In this document: positions 19,405 through 27,607 of the stretch, piece by piece | How the letters are laid out: every line of letters starts with the position of its first letter | Position numbering within the stretch: the stretch's first letter is position 1 | Origin: an uncultured delta proteobacterium | Lineage (GTDB): Bacteria > Desulfobacterota > Binatia > UBA9968 | Length of the DNA: 64,000 nucleotides | Reading direction: 5' to 3' | Assembly: GCA_963804165.1 (NCBI GenBank) | Contig: CAWDPO010000019.1 | Coordinates: 1 to 64,000 of the forward strand | Translations under genes and position numbers: made by a program | The notes under the pieces: model-generated | Told to the model about the DNA's origin: nothing | Seen by the model: only the letters and a program-made list of their open reading frames with translations | Database searches by the model: none

Positions 19405-20265
19405 ATGGAGCAGCCAAGGACAACCGCACAGACCGCGGAGATTCCCGCCACCCCGCTGACTCTCGACGGATCATTCGTTCTGCATCAAATGTTTCGCGTG
19501 CGCTGGACCGCTTGGCGTGCGCTCGGGAGCTCGGATAGAAAGCATGTGCTGACCCAAGCCGGCGCGATGTTTGCCGCCATGGAAGGCAACAAGCAGGAGC
19601 CCAGCGGACTGTTCTCCTTGTTGGGACACAAAGGCGACTTGATGCTCGTGCATTTTCGCAAGACCCTTGACGAGCTAAATCACGTCGAGCTGACGGTTGC
19701 GCGATCCGAACTCAACGAGTACCTCGAACCGACGACTTCTTATCTTTCCGTCGTCGAGCTCGGCCTCTATGAAGCCTCGGTGAACCTCTACGCCGAGCTG
19801 ACAGCAAAAGGACTTCAACACGGCACGGCGGAATGGAACCGGGAAGTCGAAGCGGAATTGGCGAGGCAGCGGCAAGCGGCGGCGCCCCGGCTCTGGCCGG
19901 AAATCCCGCAACGCCGCTATCTTTGCTTTTATCCGATGAACAAATTTCGCGGCGAAGCCAAGAACTGGTACAGCGAGCCGATCCGCGAGCGCCATCGGAT
20001 GATGCGCGAGCACGGCATGATCGGCCGCCACTACGCCGGGCGCGTCACGCAAATCATTTCTGGATCCATCGGTTTCGACGATTGGGAATGGGGCGTCGAT
20101 CTTTTCGCCGACGACCCGCTGGTTTTCAAGAAACTAGTTTACGAAATGCGCTTTGACGAAGCGAGCGCGGTTTACGCTCTGTTCGGCGCGTTTTTCGTCG
20201 GGCTGCGATTTCCCTCATCGCGTCTTGAAAGTTTGTTCGACGGCATGACGCCGAACTTTACCTAA
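19405..20265 (+). CDS. chdC: Coproheme decarboxylase (HemQ/ChdC, chlorite-dismutase superfamily)
   Basis: GHKGDL, FYPMNK, EHGMIGR, GFDDWEWGV, VYEMRFDE. Confidence 0.85.
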   Translation: MEQPRTTAQTAEIPATPLTLDGSFVLHQMFRVRWTAWRALGSSDRKHVLTQAGAMFAAMEGNKQEPSGLFSLLGHKGDLMLVHFRKTLDELNHVELTVARSELNEYLEPTTSYLSVVELGLYEASVNLYAELTAKGLQHGTAEWNREVEAELARQRQAAAPRLWPEIPQRRYLCFYPMNKFRGEAKNWYSEPIRERHRMMREHGMIGRHYAGRVTQIISGSIGFDDWEWGVDLFADDPLVFKKLVYEMRFDEASAVYALFGAFFVGLRFPSSRLESLFDGMTPNFT

Positions 20266-20322
20266 GTCTCGCAAGATTCCGCTCGCAAAATCATCGCTTC
20301 CGCAATTCGAAGTGGAGGAACG

Positions 20323-21084
20323 ATGCGCTTAAAAGACAAAGTGACCATCATCACGGGTGCGGCCCACGGCATCGGCAAAGCCTACGCGCGGCGCTTCGCC
20401 GAGGAAGGCGCTCACGTCGTCATCGCCGATATCGACGCCGACGGTGGCGAAGCGACAGCTAAAGCGATCATCGACAGCGGCGGATCGGCTTGGGCGCGCA
20501 CAACCGATGTCCGAAACTTCCCCAATGTTCAGGGGTTGATACAGGAGACCGTAAAAAAATATGGCCGCATCGACGTATTACTCAACAACGCAGCGATTTA
20601 CGTCACGCAGAAATTATGGAAAGGCGCGGTGGAAGATCTCGCGCTGGAGGAATGGGATCGGGTGATCGAAGTCAACTTGAAAGGCGTGTTTCTGTGCAGC
20701 AAAGCGGTGATCCCGATCATGAAGCAACAGAGGAGCGGCAAGATCATCAATATCGCCTCGGGCACGTTCTTCAGCGGCTCGGGCAATATGCCCCACTACA
20801 CCACAGCCAAAGGCGGCGTGGTCGCGCTGACACGCGTGATGGCCCGACAATTGGGCGAGTGGGGCATCAACGTGAACTGCATGACACCCGGTTCCACCAT
20901 GAGCGAAGAGGCGGTGTCGGACGAAGTGGTCAAGCGGCGCGAAGGCAGCATGGACAAGCGCGCCTTTCGCCGCATCGAAACTCCCGCCGACATCGTCGGC
21001 ACGGCTTTGTTCTTGGCCAGCGCCGACAGCGACTTTGTCACCGGCCAGTTACTCGTGGTCGAGGGCGGCGGAATCATGTACTGA
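20323..21084 (+). CDS. Short-chain dehydrogenase/reductase
   Basis: TGAAHGIG, NNAA, YTTAK. Confidence 0.93.
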   Translation: MRLKDKVTIITGAAHGIGKAYARRFAEEGAHVVIADIDADGGEATAKAIIDSGGSAWARTTDVRNFPNVQGLIQETVKKYGRIDVLLNNAAIYVTQKLWKGAVEDLALEEWDRVIEVNLKGVFLCSKAVIPIMKQQRSGKIINIASGTFFSGSGNMPHYTTAKGGVVALTRVMARQLGEWGINVNCMTPGSTMSEEAVSDEVVKRREGSMDKRAFRRIETPADIVGTALFLASADSDFVTGQLLVVEGGGIMY

Positions 21085-21153
21085 CTCGACCCGGCCCACA
21101 TAGGCGCGATAGAGCAGGTTCATTGCGACGTTATTTAATCGTCCCTCGTCAAA

Positions 21154-21354
21154 TAAACTACCCCGCGGCAAGCTGCGGGGTATCGAAGACCCATCATGTG
21201 AACGATTCCCATTCCGTCACCCCGGAATGTTTTGGTCCGGGGTCCAGATCCGGATTGGCCTGGATTCCCGCTTAAAACATGCGGGAATGACGGACTTCGG
21301 ATTGGCCGTTGCGAAAACGCAGCAGCTGCGGGGAATGAACCCCAAGCGATTCAA
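21154..21354 (+). mobile_element. Non-autonomous hairpin element (IS200/IS605-like ends) containing a REP-like double hairpin
   Basis: Terminal hairpin TACCCCGCGGC-aa-GCTGCGGGGTA; end GCGGGGAATGAACCCCAAGCGATTCAA; related copy at 50082-50239. Confidence 0.55.
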
Positions 21355-21486
21355 CACATAGGGCCCAAATCATTCGAAGTCGGTTTGGAGGTCTGTGAAG
21401 AGCTGCTAAGGAGATCTGTCGGGGGAGTCGGCGGATTTTGAGCAGGTCACTCCGGGTGGAATCTCAGCGGACAAGCCTACAGTGAA

Positions 21487-21987
21487 TCAAGTCGAGCTCG
21501 GTGTAACCCCGTAAACATGGCCGCACGCGTTGCAGAAAACAATATTGAACGGCGCCAGGATGAATTGTTTGCCACGCGATGACCCTCCGCCCCCCTTACG
21601 GGACACAATATGATCAACCCCCGCCGCTGAACAGGACGGACACTTGGGTTCAGGCTCGACTTTGGCCTTAAAGTCCTGGGTAAAGTGAAAACCTTGACCT
21701 AGGCCATCGCCGAACTTCGGCTCTTCCCGCTCGACTTGCTCTTCTTCAGCCTCATCCTCCGCTTCTGCGGGCCGCGTAACATCATCGTAGTTTGCGCGCT
21801 TACTACTGTCCGACAAGGTCTCATAAGCGTCCAACACCTGCTTGAATTTGCCGGCTGCTTCATCGTCGCCCGGATTTCGGTCGGGATGATACCGGAACAC
21901 CGCCTTGCGGTATGCGCGTTTGATTTCCTCGGCGCTGGCGCTGCGCTTCAGGCCAAGTAGAGAATAATAATCGAAGGATGTATCCAA
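21487..21987 (-). CDS. J-domain protein with a C-terminal CxxC...CxxC zinc ribbon
   Basis: [15 protein letters not shown]; CPSC and CNAC motifs. Confidence 0.85.
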   Translation of the reverse strand: MDTSFDYYSLLGLKRSASAEEIKRAYRKAVFRYHPDRNPGDDEAAGKFKQVLDAYETLSDSSKRANYDDVTRPAEAEDEAEEEQVEREEPKFGDGLGQGFHFTQDFKAKVEPEPKCPSCSAAGVDHIVSRKGGGGSSRGKQFILAPFNIVFCNACGHVYGVTPSST

Positions 21988-22061
21988 CGTCTAAAGCCTC
22001 CCGGTGGTCGATGAAAGTGCCGAGGCTGAGGTAGCGCTCGCTCGCAACTTACTTTGATAGA

Positions 22062-22559
22062 TCACCCGCGCCCACGTGACCGCCGCCCACCGGTACCGGT
22101 CAATTTTCCTCTTTGCTTGTACATGACAACACACATGTCGTAGAGGGCCGACCCTGCGCGGTCATCGACCATATGCTCACCGTCTCGGGTCACGTACTCG
22201 ACCTTGAATATCGAATCCTTTCCTGGAGCGCCATTATTGGTGATCCGAACTAGCCGAGCTTCGTTTTTGTCCAGGTATCCGCCGATCGTTCGAAAAATTT
22301 GGACTTGGTTGAGAAAGTCTTTGCCAGGTGGATGCTCGCCGCGTTTGCCCTCGCCCATGCGATCCAACTCGTCGATATCCTTGAGCGTGTAATGTATGGT
22401 AACCGGAGTCGGCGATGGCGGCTCCTGGTAGCCGCAGTCTACGATATACTCATTCCGTAGCAGCCGGATATCGAATGTCTTTAGCCCTCGCCGCTCTAGA
22501 TCTTGAGCTATACAACGGAGAGTGATGGCATATTTCCTAGGCATTATGGAGACTTCCAA
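22062..22559 (-). CDS. Hypothetical protein with an internal two-fold repeat
   Basis: LRCIAQDLE and FRTIGGYLD half-repeats. Confidence 0.65.
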   Translation of the reverse strand: MEVSIMPRKYAITLRCIAQDLERRGLKTFDIRLLRNEYIVDCGYQEPPSPTPVTIHYTLKDIDELDRMGEGKRGEHPPGKDFLNQVQIFRTIGGYLDKNEARLVRITNNGAPGKDSIFKVEYVTRDGEHMVDDRAGSALYDMCVVMYKQRGKLTGTGGRRSRGRG

Positions 22560-22745
22560 AAAATCGAAAGGCGAGGTATTTGAAGTTGCTTTTATCGCTT
22601 TTTAGCCAATCTATATCGTAAATGGTACGAACAGTAGCCGCAAAAATCAACTTAAAAAAAAGGCTCATCGAGAGCGCTGATGTATGTGAACGCCGCTTGA
22701 TGATGTTCGCGGAGTTAAGAGGGTATTTGGAGGAAATTGTCGGAG

Positions 22746-23375
22746 CTATTCAGGAATCGAGTCGAGGGCGTCCATCACGCCGATCATGCTGTCGCGCGTC
22801 ACCAGCTTGGCGAGATCGGCCTCACTCCAATCTTCCGTGCCCTTCGGGCGGAGCGGCAAAACCAGATAGCGAATATCGGCCGTGCTGTCATGGACGCGAA
22901 CTTCGACCTCGTCCGGCAGATGCAGGCCAAATTCGCGCATCACTCCCCGCGGATCAACCACCGAACGCTGCCGATAGTTGAAGCTCTTGTACCAATCTGG
23001 CGGTCTACCCAATATCGGTCGCGGATAACAGGAGCAGAGCGTGCAAACCACCATGTGGCGCAGCTTCTCCTTGTTCTCGAGAACAACAAACTCGTTGATC
23101 GCCGTCGCATCGATCCCCATTTCCGCGCAGGCCGCTTTCGGATCGGCGATGAAGCGCGCCTTGAAACCCGGATCGACCCAAGCGCGGGCAACGAGTTTTG
23201 CACCGTTCGCCGGCGAGCGCGCTTCCTGATAATCGATCTGGCATTGAATATCTTTCTCGTTGATGACGCCCTTTTCGATGAGCAGATCACGGATCGCGTA
23301 AATCCGTTTGGCGTAATGACTCAATTCGTGCTTTGGATGCTCATGAACATGTTCGTCGCTCGACGAATGACTCAT
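22746..23375 (-). CDS. Co-type nitrile hydratase alpha / thiocyanate hydrolase gamma-like subunit
   Basis: VCTLCSCY metal-binding motif; GAKLVARAWVDP; His-rich N-terminus. Confidence 0.93.
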   Translation of the reverse strand: MSHSSSDEHVHEHPKHELSHYAKRIYAIRDLLIEKGVINEKDIQCQIDYQEARSPANGAKLVARAWVDPGFKARFIADPKAACAEMGIDATAINEFVVLENKEKLRHMVVCTLCSCYPRPILGRPPDWYKSFNYRQRSVVDPRGVMREFGLHLPDEVEVRVHDSTADIRYLVLPLRPKGTEDWSEADLAKLVTRDSMIGVMDALDSIPE

Positions 23376-23387
23376 GTTTGCTTCTCC

Positions 23388-23693
23388 TCACGCAATCGGC
23401 TCTAGCCAATGGTCGTAGATATCGACGAGAACCTTGTCGGTCCGCCCTGCGGGCTGGTCCCACACATCGCTTTGATCAAAGGCAACGAGATAGAGCGTTT
23501 TTTTTGGCAACCCGTCACGACCAAACGCCAAGGATTCCGGATTGAGAAAATCACCGTAGATGCGCTCGATCCAGCCGGTCTTGCCGCGAATATACCATGG
23601 CGTTCGGATGTGGCCAGGTCGGTCTTCGAATTTTACTTTGACACGGTCGCCGGGCTTAAACCTGCCGACATCTGCATTCATGGCTCGCCCCAT
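23388..23693 (-). CDS. NHase beta C-terminal SH3-like subunit (SCNase alpha-like)
   Basis: FKPGDRV, GHIRTPWYIRGKTG, PESLA, VDIYDHWLE. Confidence 0.88.
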   Translation of the reverse strand: MGRAMNADVGRFKPGDRVKVKFEDRPGHIRTPWYIRGKTGWIERIYGDFLNPESLAFGRDGLPKKTLYLVAFDQSDVWDQPAGRTDKVLVDIYDHWLEPIA

Positions 23694-23989
23694 TTGGAAT
23701 CGAATTCCGCGAGCTTACGATCAATCTCTTGCCGCGTGAGAATTTTTTTTTCGATGAGTATCGTTTCGATACTGGCAATCCACCGTTCGTAGTAAGTCAT
23801 GTCCCGGTAGGCGGCGGAGTCCATTTCTTCCCGCGCGCGGCGCATTTCGTCGGTGCGCTTGATTCCTCTGGCGCCGAGCGCTTGATTGACCGCATCGGCG
23901 AGAATCTCCCAGTCGGAAAGCTCGTGCTGGCTTTGATCGATCGGCCCGGCACCCGGAAGACCGCCAACATCGTGATGTCCGCGCGCCAT
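23678..23989 (-). CDS. NHase beta N-terminal subunit (SCNase beta-like)
   Basis: HDVGG, DEMRRARE, YYERW, LIEK. Confidence 0.88.
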   Translation of the reverse strand: MARGHHDVGGLPGAGPIDQSQHELSDWEILADAVNQALGARGIKRTDEMRRAREEMDSAAYRDMTYYERWIASIETILIEKKILTRQEIDRKLAEFDSKWGEP

Positions 23990-24004
23990 AATTACCCCCT
24001 TGAT

Positions 24005-25778
24005 TCAACCCTTAAGACGATTCGCCAGCGAACTGTGCTCTTCCCTTAGGCCCGCCGGCAAATGATCGCCGAATGTATCGAAAAAATCACTCTGGCTCTT
24101 GAGATTATTTTTCCAGGCCTGGCGGTCGACACTAAGGAGCTGATCGACATCGGACTTGGATACGTCGAGACCTTCGCCGGTCAAGCTCGTTGCCTGCGGT
24201 ACGTATCCGATCGGCGTTTCATTGGCCTTGCCGCCGCCCTTCGAACGTTCGATGACCCAGCGCAGCACGCGCAGGTTCTCGCCAAATCCCGGCCAGAGAA
24301 ATCGGCCGCGCTCGTTACGCTGGAACCAATTGATGCGGAAAACTTTCGGCGGATTGGTCACTTGCTTGCCCATCGATAGCCAATGGCCCCAGTAGTCGCC
24401 CATGTTGTAGCCGCAGAACGGCAGCATCGCCATCGGATCGCGCCGCACGACACCCACCGCACCGGTAGCTGCCGCGGTGGTTTCGGAGGCCAGTGTAGCG
24501 CCCAGAAAGGTGCCATGTTGCCAATTGAACGATTGGTAGACCAGCGGAACCAGCTTCTGCCGGCGCGCGCCAAAGAGCATGGCGCTGATCGGCACGCCTT
24601 CGGGTTTTTCCCATTCTGGTGAATACGTTGGGCTCTGTTTAATCGAGACCGTGAAGCGCGCGTTGGGGTGCGCGGCAGGGTGGCCGCCTTCCGGATCCCA
24701 TGGCTTGCCGCGCCAATCTTGCGCGTTGTCGGGCACCGGGATCATCATGGCCTTCCCACCAGACCGTGCCGTCATCGCGCAGCGCGACGTTGGTGAAAAT
24801 CGTATCTCTTTTCACCATTTTAAAGCCGTTAGAGTTGGTGTTCGATCCGGTTCCCGGCGCCACACCAAAAAAGCCCGCTTCCGGATTAATCGCCCAGAGC
24901 CGGCCATCCGCGCCAACGCGCAGCCAGGAGATATCGTCGCCGATCGTGTGGATCTTCCAACCCTTCATGCTCGCAGGCGGCACCAGCATGGCCATATTGG
25001 TCTTGCCGCAGGCGCTCGGAAAGGCGCCGCAGATGTAAGTGATTTCGCCGTCCGGACTTTCGACGCCGACGATGAGCATATGCTCGGCGAGCCAGCCTTC
25101 TTTTTGACCGAGCTTGCTGGCGATGCGGAGCGCGAGACATTTTTTCGCTAGCAACGCATTCCCGCCATAGCCTGAACCAACGCTCCAGATCGTGTTGTCT
25201 TGCGGGTAGTGACAAATGAAGCGCCGTTCGATATCGAGGTCGGCTTTGGAATGAAGGCAGCGGGTAAAGTCGTCGGAGTTGCCGAGGTGATCGAGAGCAA
25301 TCTTGCCCATGCGCGTCATTAAGCGCATGTTGAGCACGACATAGACGCTGTCCGTGACTTGGACACCCACCTTGCTGAAGCGCGAACCCGCAGGCCCCAT
25401 GAGAAACGGAATCACATAGAGCGTCCGTCCGCGCATCGAGCCGGCATAAATTTTCGAAAGCTTATCGTAAGACTCGGCTGGCGCCATCCAATTATTGTTG
25501 GGGCCCGCTTCCTCCTGTTGATCGGTGCAAACGAAAGTGAGATTTTCGGTCCGCGCCACGTCGTTGAGCGCGCTGCGATGCAGATAACAACCCGGGAGTT
25601 CCTTTTGATTGAGCGGGATGAGATCGCCACCGTGCACCGCGATCTTGGTGAGACGTTCTTTTTCATCCTCCGAGCCGTCGCACCAAAAAACTTCATCCGG
25701 CTGGCACATGGCCGCAACGTCTTTGACCCATTTTTGAATATGCGCATTTATGGGAATTGTCCCTGTCGACTGGCTCAT
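24005..25778 (-). CDS. pckG: GTP-dependent phosphoenolpyruvate carboxykinase (frameshift near 24740)
   Basis: FPSACGKTN, GDDI, AHPNARF, RDPMAMLPFCGYN. Confidence 0.95.
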
Positions 25779-25952
25779 GGTTTAACGATCTTTCCTTTCC
25801 GATCGCTTAATGTTTTGAATTTTCTTATATGGAGTCGATGAAGATTCGTGACGTGGCCCTCACAAAAAGCGCAGCGTTGATGTAGCGAATCAGGAGCGCG
25901 CGTGCATTCGACAAACCCTAACCGATGATGCGCAGCCATGTCAATAATTGCA

Positions 25953-26852
25953 CTATTCGCGGAATACCCGGGAGAGTCGCCACCGCCCGCCGGGAATGTC
26001 CTCGACCCATCTAGCCAAAGCCGCCAGCTCGCCGCGCGGATCGAGGATGCCGACGTAATTTTCGCCATTTTGCCGCGCGCCAATTTGGCCGAGCAGTTCC
26101 TGCTGCCCTAGGCGCAACCGGGCAATAACACGGCTTTGCCACGTCACGGCTCTTAAATGCGCGAGCGCTGACCGTAGCGAAACAAGCGGGATAACGCCGT
26201 GCGAATGGCGATCTTTCAGTTCTTCGATGCCGATGGACTGCGCGACATCGAGATGATCGCAAGCGAGACGTCGCAGATTTTTCAGGTGGGCGCCGCAACC
26301 CAGTTCCTTTCCCATATCCGCCGCCAACGTCCGGACATAGGTTCCGCGCGAGCAGGTAACTTCGAATTCAAGCTCGTGATCGCTCAATTTCATCACGCGA
26401 AGCGCGTCGATACGGATCGGGCGCGGCTCTCGAGGAATCTCTTTTCCCTGGCGTGCCAGGCGATACAGTCGCACGCCGTCCTTTTTCAAAGCTGAAAACA
26501 TCGGCGGTACCTGTAGGAGGTCACCGGAGAATTTTTGCTCCAAGGCGCGAAGCTGGGTCTTCCCGACTGCCGGCACCGGCTGTTCTTTCAACACTTTTCC
26601 CGTCGCGTCCTGCGTATCGGTTTCGACGCCAAGGGTCATCACTGCCTGATATCGCTTCACCCCGCCGAGAAAAATATCGGCGATCTTCGTTCCTTCATTG
26701 ACACCCACCAAGAGCAAGCCCGAGGCAAAAGGATCGAGTGTGCCGAGGTGGCCGACTTTCTTGGCGCATAAGAGTTTCTTGACCTGATGGACCACGTGAG
26801 CGGAAGAAGGGCCTTCTGATTTGTCGATCAGTAGAATACCGCTTTGCGTCAT
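25953..26852 (-). CDS. truB: tRNA pseudouridine(55) synthase
   Basis: GHLGTLDP, QVPPMFSA, CSRGTYVR. Confidence 0.96.
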   Translation of the reverse strand: MTQSGILLIDKSEGPSSAHVVHQVKKLLCAKKVGHLGTLDPFASGLLLVGVNEGTKIADIFLGGVKRYQAVMTLGVETDTQDATGKVLKEQPVPAVGKTQLRALEQKFSGDLLQVPPMFSALKKDGVRLYRLARQGKEIPREPRPIRIDALRVMKLSDHELEFEVTCSRGTYVRTLAADMGKELGCGAHLKNLRRLACDHLDVAQSIGIEELKDRHSHGVIPLVSLRSALAHLRAVTWQSRVIARLRLGQQELLGQIGARQNGENYVGILDPRGELAALARWVEDIPGGRWRLSRVFRE

Positions 26853-26919
26853 CAGCGTAAAAGGAAAAAACGAAGAGTTAAGAAAACAACCTAGAACGAA
26901 AGCCAAAAGCAAACCGACC

Positions 26920-27261
26920 TCATGATTTCGCGACTCTTAGCAAGGACTCGATACGCTGGGCTTCCTCCTCGGTTTCGTCGTAGATAAATTCGATCGACGG
27001 CACGAAACGGAGGTTGAGTTGCTTGCCAACTTTTGAACGAATAAATCCCGAGGCGCTCTTCAGTCCCGCCAAAGCCTCGCCCTTGCCGACGCTGTCGCCG
27101 AGCACGCTGAAAAAGATCTTGGCGAGCCTGAGATCCTTGGTGACATTGACCGCGGTCAAATTTACCGTTTGGACGCGTGGGTCACGAATTTCTCGCCGCA
27201 AGAGCTCCGCGAGTATTTCGCGCAATAAGTCTGCCACGCGATCCGATCGTTGAAAGTCCAT
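26920..27261 (-). CDS. rbfA: Ribosome-binding factor A
   Basis: RSDRVAD, IRDPR, LRFVP; position in the infB operon. Confidence 0.95.
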   Translation of the reverse strand: MDFQRSDRVADLLREILAELLRREIRDPRVQTVNLTAVNVTKDLRLAKIFFSVLGDSVGKGEALAGLKSASGFIRSKVGKQLNLRFVPSIEFIYDETEEEAQRIESLLRVAKS

Positions 27262-27282
27262 AGTCAAACAGAAACGCCGATC

Positions 27283-27570
27283 CTAACAATGAAAACATTC
27301 CACTTCGGCGTGGCCCAGCTGGACCAGCCCGAGGGCCTCGACGAAATCGACCACCTTATTCAACGTCGCTTCCACCACCGGTTGGCTCGTGCCGGCGGCG
27401 GCAAAACCTAAAACCGAGCTTTGCCAGAGCTCTTGATCGCCGCACTCCGTGACCGATACGTTGAATTGATTGGCAACCCGCGCCTGGATACTTTTCAAAA
27501 CCCCGCGTTTGCCTTTTAGAGAGTGATTCTCAGGAATCGTCAGCTTGAGCTTAAGGACGCCCACGACCAT
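27283..27570 (-). CDS. DUF503 (YlxP) protein
   Basis: HSLKGKR, FNVSVTE; position between infB and rbfA. Confidence 0.9.
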   Translation of the reverse strand: MVVGVLKLKLTIPENHSLKGKRGVLKSIQARVANQFNVSVTECGDQELWQSSVLGFAAAGTSQPVVEATLNKVVDFVEALGLVQLGHAEVECFHC

Positions 27571-27607
27571 GGCGATAAGAGACTCGCGAGCGGCTTCGAT
27601 CGGTTCA

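Noticed and set aside
24639-24775. Programmed frameshifting or real pseudogenisation in pckG, aor, phzF, the TRAP permease, TAXI, merR, VOC and cupin genes
   Set aside because: Single-base indels are scattered across unrelated genes on both sides of the junction with no shared slippery motif. Long-read consensus error is the simpler explanation; read-level polishing would decide.
25846-25864. CRP/FNR site upstream of pckG
   Set aside because: The half-sites are 8 bp apart rather than the required 6.
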